Of a stretch of DNA of 64,000 nucleotides, positions 48,989 through 61,429 are shown in pieces (position 1 is the first letter of the stretch; every line of letters starts with the position of its first letter). The DNA lies in NCBI GenBank assembly GCA_964016885.1, contig OZ024744.1, positions 5,208,001 through 5,272,000 on the forward strand, in the 5' to 3' direction. The translations under genes and the position numbers were made by a program. Source of the stretch: Eledone cirrhosa. Lineage: Eukaryota. Under the pieces are notes generated by a model that saw nothing but the letters and a program-made list of their open reading frames with translations, did no database searches and had not been told where the DNA came from.

Positions 48989-51900
48989 AAGAGGTCTATG
49001 TTGGTAGACAGTGAGGTTGGTAGCAGAGGTCTATCTTGGTAGACAGTGAAGTTGGTAGCAGAGGTCTATCTTGGTAGACAGTGAGGGTGGTAGCAGAGGT
49101 CTATCTTGGTAGACAGTGGTGTTCGTAGCAGAGGTCTATCTTGGTAGACAGTGGTGTTGGTAGCAGAGGTCTAACTTGGTAGACAGTGAGGTTGGTAGCA
49201 GAGGTCTATCTTGGTAGACAGTGGTGTTGGTAGCAGAGGTCTATCTTGGTAGACAGTGGGGTGGGTAGCAGAGGTCTATGTTGGTAGACAGTGGTGTTGG
49301 TAGCAGAGGTCTATGTTGGTAGACAGTGGTGTTGGTAGCAGAGGTCTATGTTGGTAGACAGTGGTGTTGGTAGCAGAGGTTAATCTTGGTAGACAGTGGT
49401 GTTGGTAGCAGAGATCTATCTTGGTAGACAGTAGTGTTGGTAGCAGAGGTCTATGTTGGTAGACAGTGGTGTTTGTAGCAGAGGTCTATGTTGGTAGACA
49501 GTGGTGTTGGAAGCAGAGGTCTATCTTAGTAGACAGTGGTGTTGGTACTGAGGTCTATGTTGGTAGACAGTGAGGTTGGTAGCAGAGGTCTATATTGGTA
49601 GACAGTGAGGTTGGTAGCAGAGGTATATCTTGGTAGACAGTGGTGTTGGTAGCAGAGCTCTATCTTGGTAGACAGTGGTGTTGGTAGCAGAGGTCTATCT
49701 TGGTAGACAGTGGTGTTGGTAGCAGAGGTCTATCTTGGTAGACAGTGGTGTTGGTAGCAGAGGTCTATGTTGGTAGACAGTGGTGTTGGTAGCAGAGGTA
49801 TATCTTGGTAGGCAGTGGTGTTGGTAGCAGAGCTCTATCTTGGTAGACAGTGGTGTTGGTAGCAGAGGTCTTTCTTGGTAGACAGTGGTGTTGCTAGCAG
49901 AGGTCTATGTTGGTAGAAAGTGAGGTTGGTAGCTGAGATCTATGTTGGTAGACAGTGGTTTTGGTAGCAGAAGTCTATCTTGGTAGACAGTGAGGTTGGT
50001 AGCAGAGGTCTATCTTGGTAGACAGTGGTGTTGGTAGCAGAGGTCTATCTTGGTAGACAGTGGTGTTGGTAGCAGAGGTCTATCTTGGTAGACAGTGGTG
50101 TTGGTAGCAGAAGTCTATCTTGGTAGACAGTGGTGTTGGTAGCAGAGGTCTATCTTGGTAGACAGTGGTGTTGCTAGCAGAGGTCTATCTTGGTAGACAG
50201 TGGTGTTGCTAGCAAAGGTCTATGTCGGTAGACAGTGAGGTTGGTAGCAGAGGTCTATCTTGGTAGACAGTGAGGGTGGTTGCAGAGGTCTATCTTGGTA
50301 GACAGTGGTGTTGGTAGCAGAGGTCTAGCTTGGTAGACAGTGAGGTTGGTATCAGAGGTCTATCTTGGTAGACAGTGAGGTTGGTAGCAGAGGTCTATGT
50401 TGGTAGACAGTGGTGTTGGTAGCATAGGTCTATCTTGGTAGACAGTGGTGTTGGTAGCAGAGGTCTATGTTGGTAGACAGTGGTGTTGGTAGTAGAGGTC
50501 TATCTTGGTAGACAGTGGTGTTGGTAGCAGATGTCTATCTTGGTAGACAGTGGTGTTGGTAGCAGAGGTCTATCTTGGTAGACAGTGGTGTTGGTAGCAG
50601 ATATCTATCTTGGTAGACAGTGGTGTTGGTAGCAGAGGTCTATGTTGGTAGACAGTGGTGTTGGTAGCAGAGGTCTATCTTGGTAGTCAGTGGTGTTGGT
50701 AGCAGAGGTCTATCTTGGTCGACAGTGGTGTTGGTAGCAGAGGTCTATGTTGGTAGACAGTGAGGTTGGTAGCAGAGGTCTATCTTGGTAGACAGTGGTG
50801 TTGGTAGCAGAGGTCTATGTTGGTAGACAGTGGTGTTGGTAGCAGAGGTCTATCTTGGTAGATAGTGAGGTTGGTAGTAGAGGTCTATGTTGGTAGACAT
50901 TGGTGTTGGTAGCAGAGTTCTATCTTGGTAGACAGTGGTGTTGGTAGCAGAGGTCTATGTTGGTAGACAGTGGTGTTGGTAATAGAGGTCTATCTTGGTA
51001 GACAGTGGTGTTGGTAGCAGATGTCTATCTTGGTAGACAGTGGTGTTGGTACCAGAGGTCTATCTTGGTAGACAGTGTTGTTGGTAGGAGAGGTCTATCT
51101 TGGTAGACAGTGGTGTTGGTAGCAGAGGTCTATCTTGGTAGAAAGTGGTGTTGGTAGGAGAGGTCTATCTTGGTAGACAGTGGTGTTGGTAGCAGAGGTC
51201 TATCTTGGTAGACAGTGGTGTTGGTAGCAGAGGTCTATATTGGTAGACAGTGGTGTTGGTAGCAGATGTCTATCTTGGTAGACAGTGGTGTTGGTAGCAG
51301 AGGTCTATCTTAGTAGACAGTGGTGTTGGTAGCAGAGGTCTATCCTGGTAGACAGTGGTGTTGGTAGCAGAGGTCTATCTTGGTAGACAGTAGTGTTGGT
51401 AGCAGAGGTCTATCTTGGTAGACAGTGGTGTTGGTAGCTGAGGTCTAACTTGGTAGACAGTGGTGTTGGTAGCAGAGGTCTATCTTAGTAGACAGTGGTT
51501 TGGTAGCAGAGGTCTACCTTGGTAGACAGTGGTGTCGGTAGCAGAGCTCTATCCTGGTAGACAGTGGTGTTGGTAGCAGAGGTCTATCTTGGTAGACAGT
51601 GAGGTTGGTAGCAGAGGTCTATGTTGGTAGACAGTGGTGTCGGTAGCAGAGCTCTATCTTGGTAGACAGTGGTGTTGGTAGCAGAAGTCTATCATGGTAG
51701 ACAGTGAGGTTGGGAGCAGAGGTCTATGTTGGTAGACAGTGGTGTTGGTAGCAGAGGTCTATCTTGGTAGACAGTGGTGTTGGTAGCAGAGGTTTATCTT
51801 GGTAGACAGTGGTGTTGGTAGCAGAGGTCTATGTTGGTAGACAGTGGTGTTGGTAGCAGAGGTATATCTTGGTAGGCAGTGGTGTTGGTAGCAGAGCTCT

Positions 51901-54900
51901 ATCTTGGTAGACAGTGGTGTTGGTAGCAGAGGTCTATCTTGGTAGACAGTGGTGTTGGTAGCAGAGGTCTTTCTTGGTAGACAGTGGTGTTGGTAGCAGA
52001 GGTCTATGTTGGTAGAAAGTGAGGTTGGTAGCAGAGGTCTATCTTGGTAGACAATGAGGTTGGTAGCAGAGGTCTATGTTGGTAGACAGTGGTGTTGGTA
52101 GCATAGGTCTATCTTGGTAGACAGTGGTGTTGGTAGCAGAGGTCTATGTTGGTAGACAGTGGTGTTGGTAGTAGAGGTCTATCTTGGTAGACAGTGGTGT
52201 TGGTAGCAGATGTCTATCTTGGTAGACAGTGGTGTTGGTAGCAGAGGTCTATCTTGGTAGACAGTGGTGTTGGTAGCAAATATCTATCTTGGTAGACAGT
52301 GTTGTTGGTAGCAGAGTTCTATGTTGGTAGACAGTGGTGTTGGTAGCAGAGGTCTATCTTGGTAGACAGTGAGGGTGGTTGCAGAGGTCTATCTTGGTAG
52401 ACAGTGGTGTTGGTAGCAGAGGTCTATCTTGGTAGACAGTGAGGTTGGTATCAGAGGTCTATCTTGGTAGACAGGGAGGTTGGTAGCAGAGGTCTATGTT
52501 GGTAGACAGTGGTGTTGGTAGCATAGGTCTATCTTGGTAGACAGTGGTGTTGGTAGCAGAGGTCTATGTTGGTAGACAGTGGTGTTGGTAGTAGAGGTCT
52601 ATCTTGGTAGACAGTGGTGTTGGTAGCAGATGTCTATCTTGGTAGACAGTGGTGTTGGTAGCAGAGGTTAATCTTGCTAGACAGTGGTGTTGGTAGCAGA
52701 GGTCTATGTTGGTAGACAGTGGTGTTGATAGCAGAGGTTAATCTTGGTAGACAGTGGTGTTGGTAGCAGAGGTCTATCTTGGTAGACAGTGGTGTTGGTA
52801 GAAGAGGTCTATCTTGGTAGACAGTGGTGTTGGTAGCAGAGATCTATGTTGGTAGACAGTGGTGTTGGTAGCAGAGGTCTATCTTAGTAGACAGTGGTGT
52901 TGGTAGCAGAGGTCTATCTTGGTAGACAGTGAAGTTGGTAGCAGAGGTCTATCTTGGTAGACAGTGAGGTTGGTAGCAGAGGTCTATCTTGGTAGACAGT
53001 GGTGTTGGTAGCAGAGGTCTATCTTGGTAGACAGTGAGGTTGGTAACAGAGGTCTATCTTGGTAGACAGTGGTGTTGTAGCAGAGGTCTATCTCGGTAGA
53101 CAGTGAAGTTGGTAGCAGAGGTCTATGCTGGTAGACAGTGGTGTTGGTAGCAGAGGTCTATCTTGGTAGACAGTGGTGTTGGTAGCAGAGGTCTATCTTG
53201 GTAGACAGTGCTGTTGGTAGCAGAGGTCTATGTTGGTAGACAGTGAGGTTGGTAGCAGAGGTCTATCTTGGTAGATAGTGATGTTGGTAGCAGAGGTCTA
53301 TCTTGGTAGACAGTGAGGTTGGTATGAGAGGTCTATCTTGGTAGACAGTGGTGTTGGTAGCAGAGGTCTATGTTGGTAGACAGTGGTGTTGGTAGCAGAG
53401 GTCTATCTTGGTAGATAGTGATGTTGGTAGTAGAGGTCTATGTTGGTAGACATTGGTGTTGGTAGCAGAGTTCTATCTTGGTAGACAGTGGTGTTGGTAA
53501 TAGAGGTCTATCTTGGTAGACAGTGGTGTTGGTAGCAGATGTCTATCTTGGTAGACAGTGGTGTTGGTAGCAGAGGTCTATCTTGGTAGACAGTGGTGTT
53601 GGTAGCAGAGGTCTATCTTGGTAGACAGTGGTGTTGGCAGCAGAGGTTTATCTTGGTAGACAGTGGTGTTGGTAGCATATGTCTATCTTGGTAGACAGTG
53701 GTGTTGGTAGCAGAGGTCTTTCTTGGTAGACAGTGGTGTTGGTAGCAGAGGTCTATGTTGGTAGAAAGTGAGGTTGGTAGCAGAGGTCTATCTTGGTAGA
53801 CAGTGGTGTTGGTAGCAGAGGTCTATCTTGGTAGACAGTGATGTTGGTAGAAGAGGTCTATGTTGGTAGAAAGTGAGGTTGGTAGCAGAGGTCTATCTTG
53901 GTAGACAGTGGTGTTGGTAGCAGAGGTTTATATTGGTAGACAGTGGTGTTGGTAGCAGAGGTTTATCTTGGTAGACATTGAGGTTGGTAGCAGAGGTCTA
54001 TCTTGGTAGACAGTGGTGTTGGTAGCAGAGGTCTATGTTGGTAGACAGTGGAGTGGGTAGCAGAGGTCTATCTTGGTAGACATTGGTGTTGGTAGCAGAG
54101 TTCTATCTTGGTAGACAGTGGTGTTGGTAGCAGAGGTCTATGTTGGTAGACAGTGGTGTTGGTAATAGAGGTCTATCTTGGTAGACAGTGGTGTTGGTAG
54201 CAGATGTCTATCTTGGTAGACAGTGGTGTTGGTAGCAGAGGTCTATCTTGGTAGACAGTGGTGTTGGTAGCAGAGGTCGATCTTGGTAGACAGTGGTATT
54301 GGTAGCAGAGGTCTATCTTGGTAGACAGTGGTGTTGGTAGCAGATGTCTATCTTGGTAGACAGTGGTGTTGGTAGCAGAGATCTATCTTGGTAGACAGTG
54401 GTGTTGGTAGCAGAGGTCGATCTTGGTAGACAGTGGTGTTGGTAGCAGAGGTCGATCTTGGTAGACAGTGGTGTTGGTAGCAGAGGTCTATCTTGGTAGA
54501 CAGTGGTGTTGGTAGCAGAGGTCTATGTTGGTAGACAGTGGTGTTGGTAGCAGAGGTATATCTTGGTAGGCAGTGGTGTTGGTAGCAGAGCTCTATCTTG
54601 GTAGACAGTGGTGTTGGTAGCAGAGGTCTATCTTGGTAGACAGTGGTGTTGGTAGCAGAGGTCTTTCTTGGTAGACAGTGGTGTTGGTAGCAGAGGTCTA
54701 TGTTGGTAGAAAGTGAGGTTGGTAGCAGAGGTCTATGTTGGTAGACAGTGAGGTTGGTAACATAGGTCTATCTTGGTAGACAGTGAGGTTGGTAGCAGAG
54801 GTCTATCTTGGTAGACAGTGGTGTTGGTAGCAGAGGTCTATATTGGTAGACAGTGGTGTTGGTAGCAGATGTCTATCTTGGTAGACAGTGGTGTTGGTAG

Positions 54901-57900
54901 CAGAGGTCTATCTTGGTAGACAGTGGTGGTGGTAGCAGAGGTCTATCTTGTTAGACAGTGTTGTTGGTAGCAGAGGTCTATCTTAGTAGACAGTGGTGTT
55001 GGTAGCAGAGGTCTATCCTGGTAGACAGTGGTGTTGGTAGCAGAGGTCTATCTTGGTAGACAGTAGTGTTGGTAGCAGAGGTCTATCTTGGTAGACAGTG
55101 GTGTTGGTAGCTGAGGTCTAACTTGGTAGACAGTGGTGTTGGTAGCAGAGGTCTATCTTAGTAGACAGTGGTGTTGGTAGCAGAGGTCTACCTTGGTAGA
55201 CAGTGGTGTCGGTAGCAGAGCTCTATCCTGGTAGACAGTGGTGTTGGTAGCAGAGGTCTATCTTGGTAGACAGTGAGGTTGGTAGCAGAGGTCTATGTTG
55301 GTAGACAGTGGTGTCGGTAGCAGAGCTCTATCTTGGTAGACAGTGGTGTTGGTAGCAGAAGTCTATCTTGGTAGACAGTGAGGTTGGGAGCAGAGGTCTA
55401 TGTTGGTAGACAGTGGTGTTGGTAGCAGAGGTCTATCTTGGTAGACAGTGGTGTTGGTAGGAGAGGTTTATCTTGGTAGACAGTGGTGTTGGTAGCAGAG
55501 GTCTATGTTGGTAGACAGTGGTGTTGGTAGCAGAGGTATATCTTGGTAGGCAGTGGTGTTGGTAGCAGAGCTCTATCTTGGTAGACAGTGGTGTTGGTAG
55601 CAGAGGTCTATCTTGGTAGACAGTGGTGTTGGTAGCAGAGGTCTATGTTAGTAGAAAGTGAGGTTGGTAGCAGAGGTCTATCTTGGTAGACAGTGAGGGT
55701 GGTAGCAGAGGTCTATCTTGGTAAACAGAGGTGTTGGTAGCAGAGGTCTATCTTGGTAGACAGTGAGGTTGGTATCAGAGGTCTATCTTGGTAGACAGTG
55801 AGGTTGGTAGCAGAGGTCTATGTTGGTAGACAGTGGTGTTGGTAGCATAGGTCTATCTTGGTAGACAGTGGTGTTGGTAGCAGAGGTCTATGTTGGTAGA
55901 CAGTGGTGTTGGTAGTAGAGGTCTATCTTGGTAGACAGTGGTGTTGGTAGCAGATGTCTATCTTGGTAGACAGTGGTGTTGGTAGCAGAGGTCTATCTTG
56001 GTAGACAGTGGTGTTGGTAGCAAATATCTATCTTGGTAGACAGTGGTGTTGGTAGCAGAGGTCTATGTTGGTAGACAGTGGTATTGGTAGCAGAGGTCTA
56101 TCTTGGTAGACAGTGGTGTTGGTAGCAGAGGTCTATCTTGGTAGACAGTGGTGTTGGTAGCAGAGGTCTATCTTGGTTGACAGTGGTGTTGGTAGCAGAG
56201 GTCTATCTTGGTAGACAGTGGTGTTGGTAGCAGAGGTCTATGTTGGTAGACAGTGAGGTTGGTAGCAGAGGTCTATGTTGGTAGACAGTGGTGTTGGTAG
56301 CAGAGGTCTATCTTGGTAGACAGTGGTGTTGGTAGAAGAGGTCTATGTTGGTAGACAGTGAGGTTGGTAGCAGAGGTCTATCTTGGTAGACAGTGAAGTT
56401 GGTAGCAGAGGTCTATCTTGGTAGACAGTGAGGGTGGTAGCAGAGGTCTATCTTGGTAGACAGTGGTGTTCGTAGCAGAGGTCTATCTTGGTAGACAGTG
56501 GTGTTGGTAGCAGAGGTCTAACTTGGTAGACAGTGAGGTTGGTAGCAGAGGTCTATCTTGGTAGACAGTGGTGTTGGTAGCAGAGGTCTATCTTGGTAGA
56601 CAGTGGGGTGGGTAGCAGAGGTCTATGTTGGTAGACAGTGGTGTTGGTAGCAGAGGTCTATGTTGGTAGACAGTGGTGTTGGTAGCAGAGGTCTATGTTG
56701 GTAGACAGTGGTGTTGGTAGCAGAGGTTAATCTTGGTAGACAGTGGTGTTGGTAGCAGAGATCTATCTTGGTAGACAGTAGTGTTGGTAGCAGAGGTCTA
56801 TGTTGGTAGACAGTGGTGTTTGTAGCAGAGGTCTATGTTGGTAGACAGTGGTGTTGGAAGCAGAGGTCTATCTTAGTAGACAGTGGTGTTGGTACTGAGG
56901 TCTATGTTGGTAGACAGTGAGGTTGGTAGCAGAGGTCTATATTGGTAGACAGTGAGGTTGGTAGCAGAGGTATATCTTGGTAGACAGTGAGGTTGGTAGC
57001 AGAGCTCTATCTTGGTAGACAGTGGTGTTGGTAGCAGAGGTCTATCTTGGTAGACAGTGGTGTTGGTAGCAGAGGTCTATCTTGGTAGACAGTGGTGTTG
57101 GTAGCAGAGGTCTATGTTGGTAGACAGTGGTGTTGGTAGCAGAGGTATATCTTGGTAGGCAGTGGTGTTGGTAGCAGAGCTCTATCTTGGTAGACAGTGG
57201 TGTTGGTAGCAGAGGTCTTTCTTGGTAGACAGTGGTGTTGCTAGCAGAGGTCTATGTTGGTAGAAAGTGAGGTTGGTAGCTGAGATCTATGTTGGTAGAC
57301 AGTGGTTTTGGTAGCAGAAGTCTATCTTGGTAGACAGTGAGGTTGGTAGCAGAGGTCTATCTTGGTAGACAGTGGTGTTGGTAGCAGAGGTCTATCTTGG
57401 TAGACAGTGGTGTTGGTAGCAGAGGTCTATCTTGGTAGACAGTGGTGTTGGTAGCAGAAGTCTATCTTGGTAGACAGTGGTGTTGGTAGCAGAGGTCTAT
57501 CTTGGTAGACAGTGGTGTTGCTAGCAGAGGTCTATCTTGGTAGACAGTGGTGTTGCTAGCAAAGGTCTATGTCGGTAGACAGTGAGGTTGGTAGCAGAGG
57601 TCTATCTTGGTAGACAGTGAGGGTGGTTGCAGAGGTCTATCTTGGTAGACAGTGGTGTTGGTAGCAGAGGTCTAGCTTGGTAGACAGTGAGGTTGGTATC
57701 AGAGGTCTATCTTGGTAGACAGTGAGGTTGGTAGCAGAGGTCTATGTTGGTAGACAGTGGTGTTGGTAGCATAGGTCTATCTTGGTAGACAGTGGTGTTG
57801 GTAGCAGAGGTCTATGTTGGTAGACAGTGGTGTTGGTAGTAGAGGTCTATCTTGGTAGACAGTGGTGTTGGTAGCAGATGTCTATCTTGGTAGACAGTGG

Positions 57901-60900
57901 TGTTGGTAGCAGAGGTCTATCTTGGTAGACAGTGGTGTTGGTAGCAGATATCTATCTTGGTAGACAGTGGTGTTGGTAGCAGAGGTCTATGTTGGTAGAC
58001 AGTGGTGTTGGTAGCAGAGGTCTATCTTGGTAGTCAGTGGTGTTGGTAGCAGAGGTCTATCTTGGTAGACAGTGGTGTTGGTAGCAGAGGTCTATGTTGG
58101 TAGACAGTGAGGTTGGTAGCAGAGGTCTATCTTGGTAGACAGTGGTGTTGGTAGCAGAGGTCTATGTTGGTAGACAGTGGTGTTGGTAGCAGAGGTCTAT
58201 CTTGGTAGATAGTGAGGTTGGTAGTAGAGGTCTATGTTGGTAGACATTGGTGTTGGTAGCAGAGTTCTATCTTGGTAGACAGTGGTGTTGGTAGCAGAGG
58301 TCTATGTTGGTAGACAGTGGTGTTGGTAATAGAGGTCTATCTTGGTAGACAGTGGTGTTGGTAGCAGATGTCTATCTTGGTAGACAGTGGTGTTGGTACC
58401 AGAGGTCTATCTTGGTAGACAGTGGTGTTGGTAGGAGAGGTCTATCTTGGTAGACAGTGGTGTTGGTAGCAGAGGTCTATCTTGGTAGAAAGTGGTGTTG
58501 GTAGGAGAGGTCTATCTTGGTAGACAGTGGTGTTGGTAGCAGAGGTCTATCTTGGTAGACAGTGGTGTTGGTAGCAGAGGTCTATATTGGTAGACAGTGG
58601 TGTTGGTAGCAGATGTCTATCTTGGTAGACAGTGGTGTTGGTAGCAGAGGTCTATCTTAGTAGACAGTGGTGTTGGTAGCAGAGGTCTATCCTGGTAGAC
58701 AGTGGTGTTGGTAGCAGAGGTCTATCTTGGTAGACAGTAGTGTTGGTAGCAGAGGTCTATCTTGGTAGACAGTGGTGTTGGTAGCTGAGGTCTAACTTGG
58801 TAGACAGTGGTGTTGGTAGCAGAGGTCTATCTTAGTAGACAGTGGTTTGGTAGCAGAGGTCTACCTTGGTAGACAGTGGTGTAGGTAGCAGAGCTCTATC
58901 CTGGTAGACAGTGGTGTTGGTAGCAGAGGTCTATCTTGGTAGACAGTGAGGTTGGTAGCAGAGGTCTATGTTGGTAGACAGTGGTGTCGGTAGCAGAGCT
59001 CTATCTTGGTAGACAGTGGTGTTGGTAGCAGAAGTCTATCATGGTAGACAGTGAGGTTGGGAGCAGAGGTCTATGTTGGTAGACAGTGGTGTTGGTAGCA
59101 GAGGTCTATCTTGGTAGACAGTGGTGTTGGTAGCAGAGGTTTATCTTGGTAGACAGTGGTGTTGGTAGCAGAGGTCTATGTTGGTAGACAGTGGTGTTGG
59201 TAGCAGAGGTATATCTTGGTAGGCAGTGGTGTTGGTAGCAGAGCTCTATCTTGGTAGACAGTGGTGTTGGTAGCAGAGGTCTATCTTGGTAGACAGTGGT
59301 GTTGGTAGCAGAGGTCTTTCTTGGTAGACAGTGGTGTTGGTAGCAGAGGTCTATGTTGGTAGAAAGTGAGGTTGGTAGCAGAGGTCTATCTTGGTAGACA
59401 ATGAGGTTGGTAGCAGAGGTCTATGTTGGTAGACAGTGGTGTTGGTAGCATAGGTCTATCTTGGTAGACAGTGGTGTTGGTAGCAGAGGTCTATGTTGGT
59501 AGACAGTGGTGTTGGTAGTAGAGGTCTATCTTGGTAGACAGTGGTGTTGGTAGCAGATGTCTATCTTGGTAGACAGTGGTGTTGGTAGCAGAGGTCTATC
59601 TTGGTAGACAGTGGTGTTGGTAGCAAATATCTATCTTGGTAGACAGTGTTGTTGGTAGCAGAGTTCTATGTTGGTAGACAGTGGTGTTGGTAGCAGAGGT
59701 CTATCTTGGTAGACAGTGAGGGTGGTTGCAGAGGTCTATCTTGGTAGACAGTGGTGTTGGTAGCAGAGGTCTATCTTGGTAGACAGTGAGGTTGGTATCA
59801 GAGGTCTATCTTGGTAGACAGGGAGGTTGGTAGCAGAGGTCTATGTTGGTAGACAGTGGTGTTGGTAGCATAGGTCTATCTTGGTAGACAGTGGTGTTGG
59901 TAGCAGAGGTCTATGTTGGTAGACAGTGGTGTTGGTAGTAGAGGTCTATCTTGGTAGACAGTGGTGTTGGTAGCAGATGTCTATCTTGGTAGACAGTGGT
60001 GTTGGTAGCAGAGGTTAATCTTGGTAGACAGTGGTGTTGGTAGCAGAGGTCTATGTTGGTAGACAGTGGTGTTGATAGCAGAGGTTAATCTTGGTAGACA
60101 GTGGTGTTGGTAGCAGAGGTCTATCTTGGTAGACAGTGGTGTTGGTAGAAGAGGTCTATCTTGGTAGACAGTGGTGTTGGTAGCAGAGATCTATGTTGGT
60201 AGACAGTGGTGTTGGTAGCAGAGGTCTATCTTAGTAGACAGTGGTGTTGGTAGCAGAGGTCTATCTTGGTAGACAGTGAAGTTGGTAGCAGAGGTCTATC
60301 TTGGTAGACAGTGAGGTTGGTAGCAGAGGTCTATCTTGGTAGACAGTGGTGTTGGTAGCAGAGGTCTATCTTGGTAGACAGTGAGGTTGGTAACAGAGGT
60401 CTATCTTGGTAGACAGTGGTGTTGTAGCAGAGGTCTATCTCGGTAGACAGTGAAGTTGGTAGCAGAGGTCTATGCTGGTAGACAGTGGTGTTGGTAGCAG
60501 AGGTCTATCTTGGTAGACAGTGGTGTTGGTAGCAGAGGTCTATCTTGGTAGACAGTGCTGTTGGTAGCAGAGGTCTATGTTGGTAGACAGTGAGGTTGGT
60601 AGCAGAGGTCTATCTTGGTAGATAGTGATGTTGGTAGCAGAGGTCTATCTTGGTAGACAGTGAGGTTGGTATGAGAGGTCTATCTTGGTAGACAGTGGTG
60701 TTGGTAGCAGAGGTCTATGTTGGTAGACAGTGGTGTTGGTAGCAGAGGTCTATCTTGGTAGATAGTGATGTTGGTAGTAGAGGTCTATGTTGGTAGACAT
60801 TGGTGTTGGTAGCAGAGTTCTATCTTGGTAGACAGTGGTGTTGGTAATAGAGGTCTATCTTGGTAGACAGTGGTGTTGGTAGCAGATGTCTATCTTGGTA

Positions 60901-61429
60901 GACAGTGGTGTTGGTAGCAGAGGTCTATCTTGGTAGACAGTGGTGTTGGTAGCAGAGGTCTATCTTGGTAGACAGTGGTGTTGGCAGCAGAGGTTTATCT
61001 TGGTAGACAGTGGTGTTGGTAGCATATGTCTATCTTGGTAGACAGTGGTGTTGGTAGCAGAGGTCTTTCTTGGTAGACAGTGGTGTTGGTAGCAGAGGTC
61101 TATGTTGGTAGAAAGTGAGGTTGGTAGCAGAGGTCTATCTTGTTAGACAGTGGTGTTGGTAGCAGAGGTCTATCTTGGTAGACAGTGATGTTGGTAGAAG
61201 AGGTCTATGTTGGTAGAAAGTGAGGTTGGTAGCAGAGGTCTATCTTGGTAGACAGTGGTGTTGGTAGCAGAGGTTTATATTGGTAGACAGTGGTGTTGGT
61301 AGCAGAGGTTTATCTTGGTAGACATTGAGGTTGGTAGCAGAGGTCTATCTTGGTAGACAGTGGTGTTGGTAGCAGAGGTCTATGTTGGTAGACAGTGGAG
61401 TTGGTAGCAGAGGTCTATCTTGGTAGACA
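46726..61429. repeat. Large recent tandem duplication, period 7,347 bp (210 monomers minus 3 deleted bases)
   Basis: CATTGG 46734/54081, GGTAAACAGA 48373/55720, GGTACTGAGG 49544/56891, GGTACC 51048/58395, TTGGCAGCAG 53634/60981 and the GGAGT variant (GAG at 54051/61398) are all offset by exactly 7347. Confidence 0.95.
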
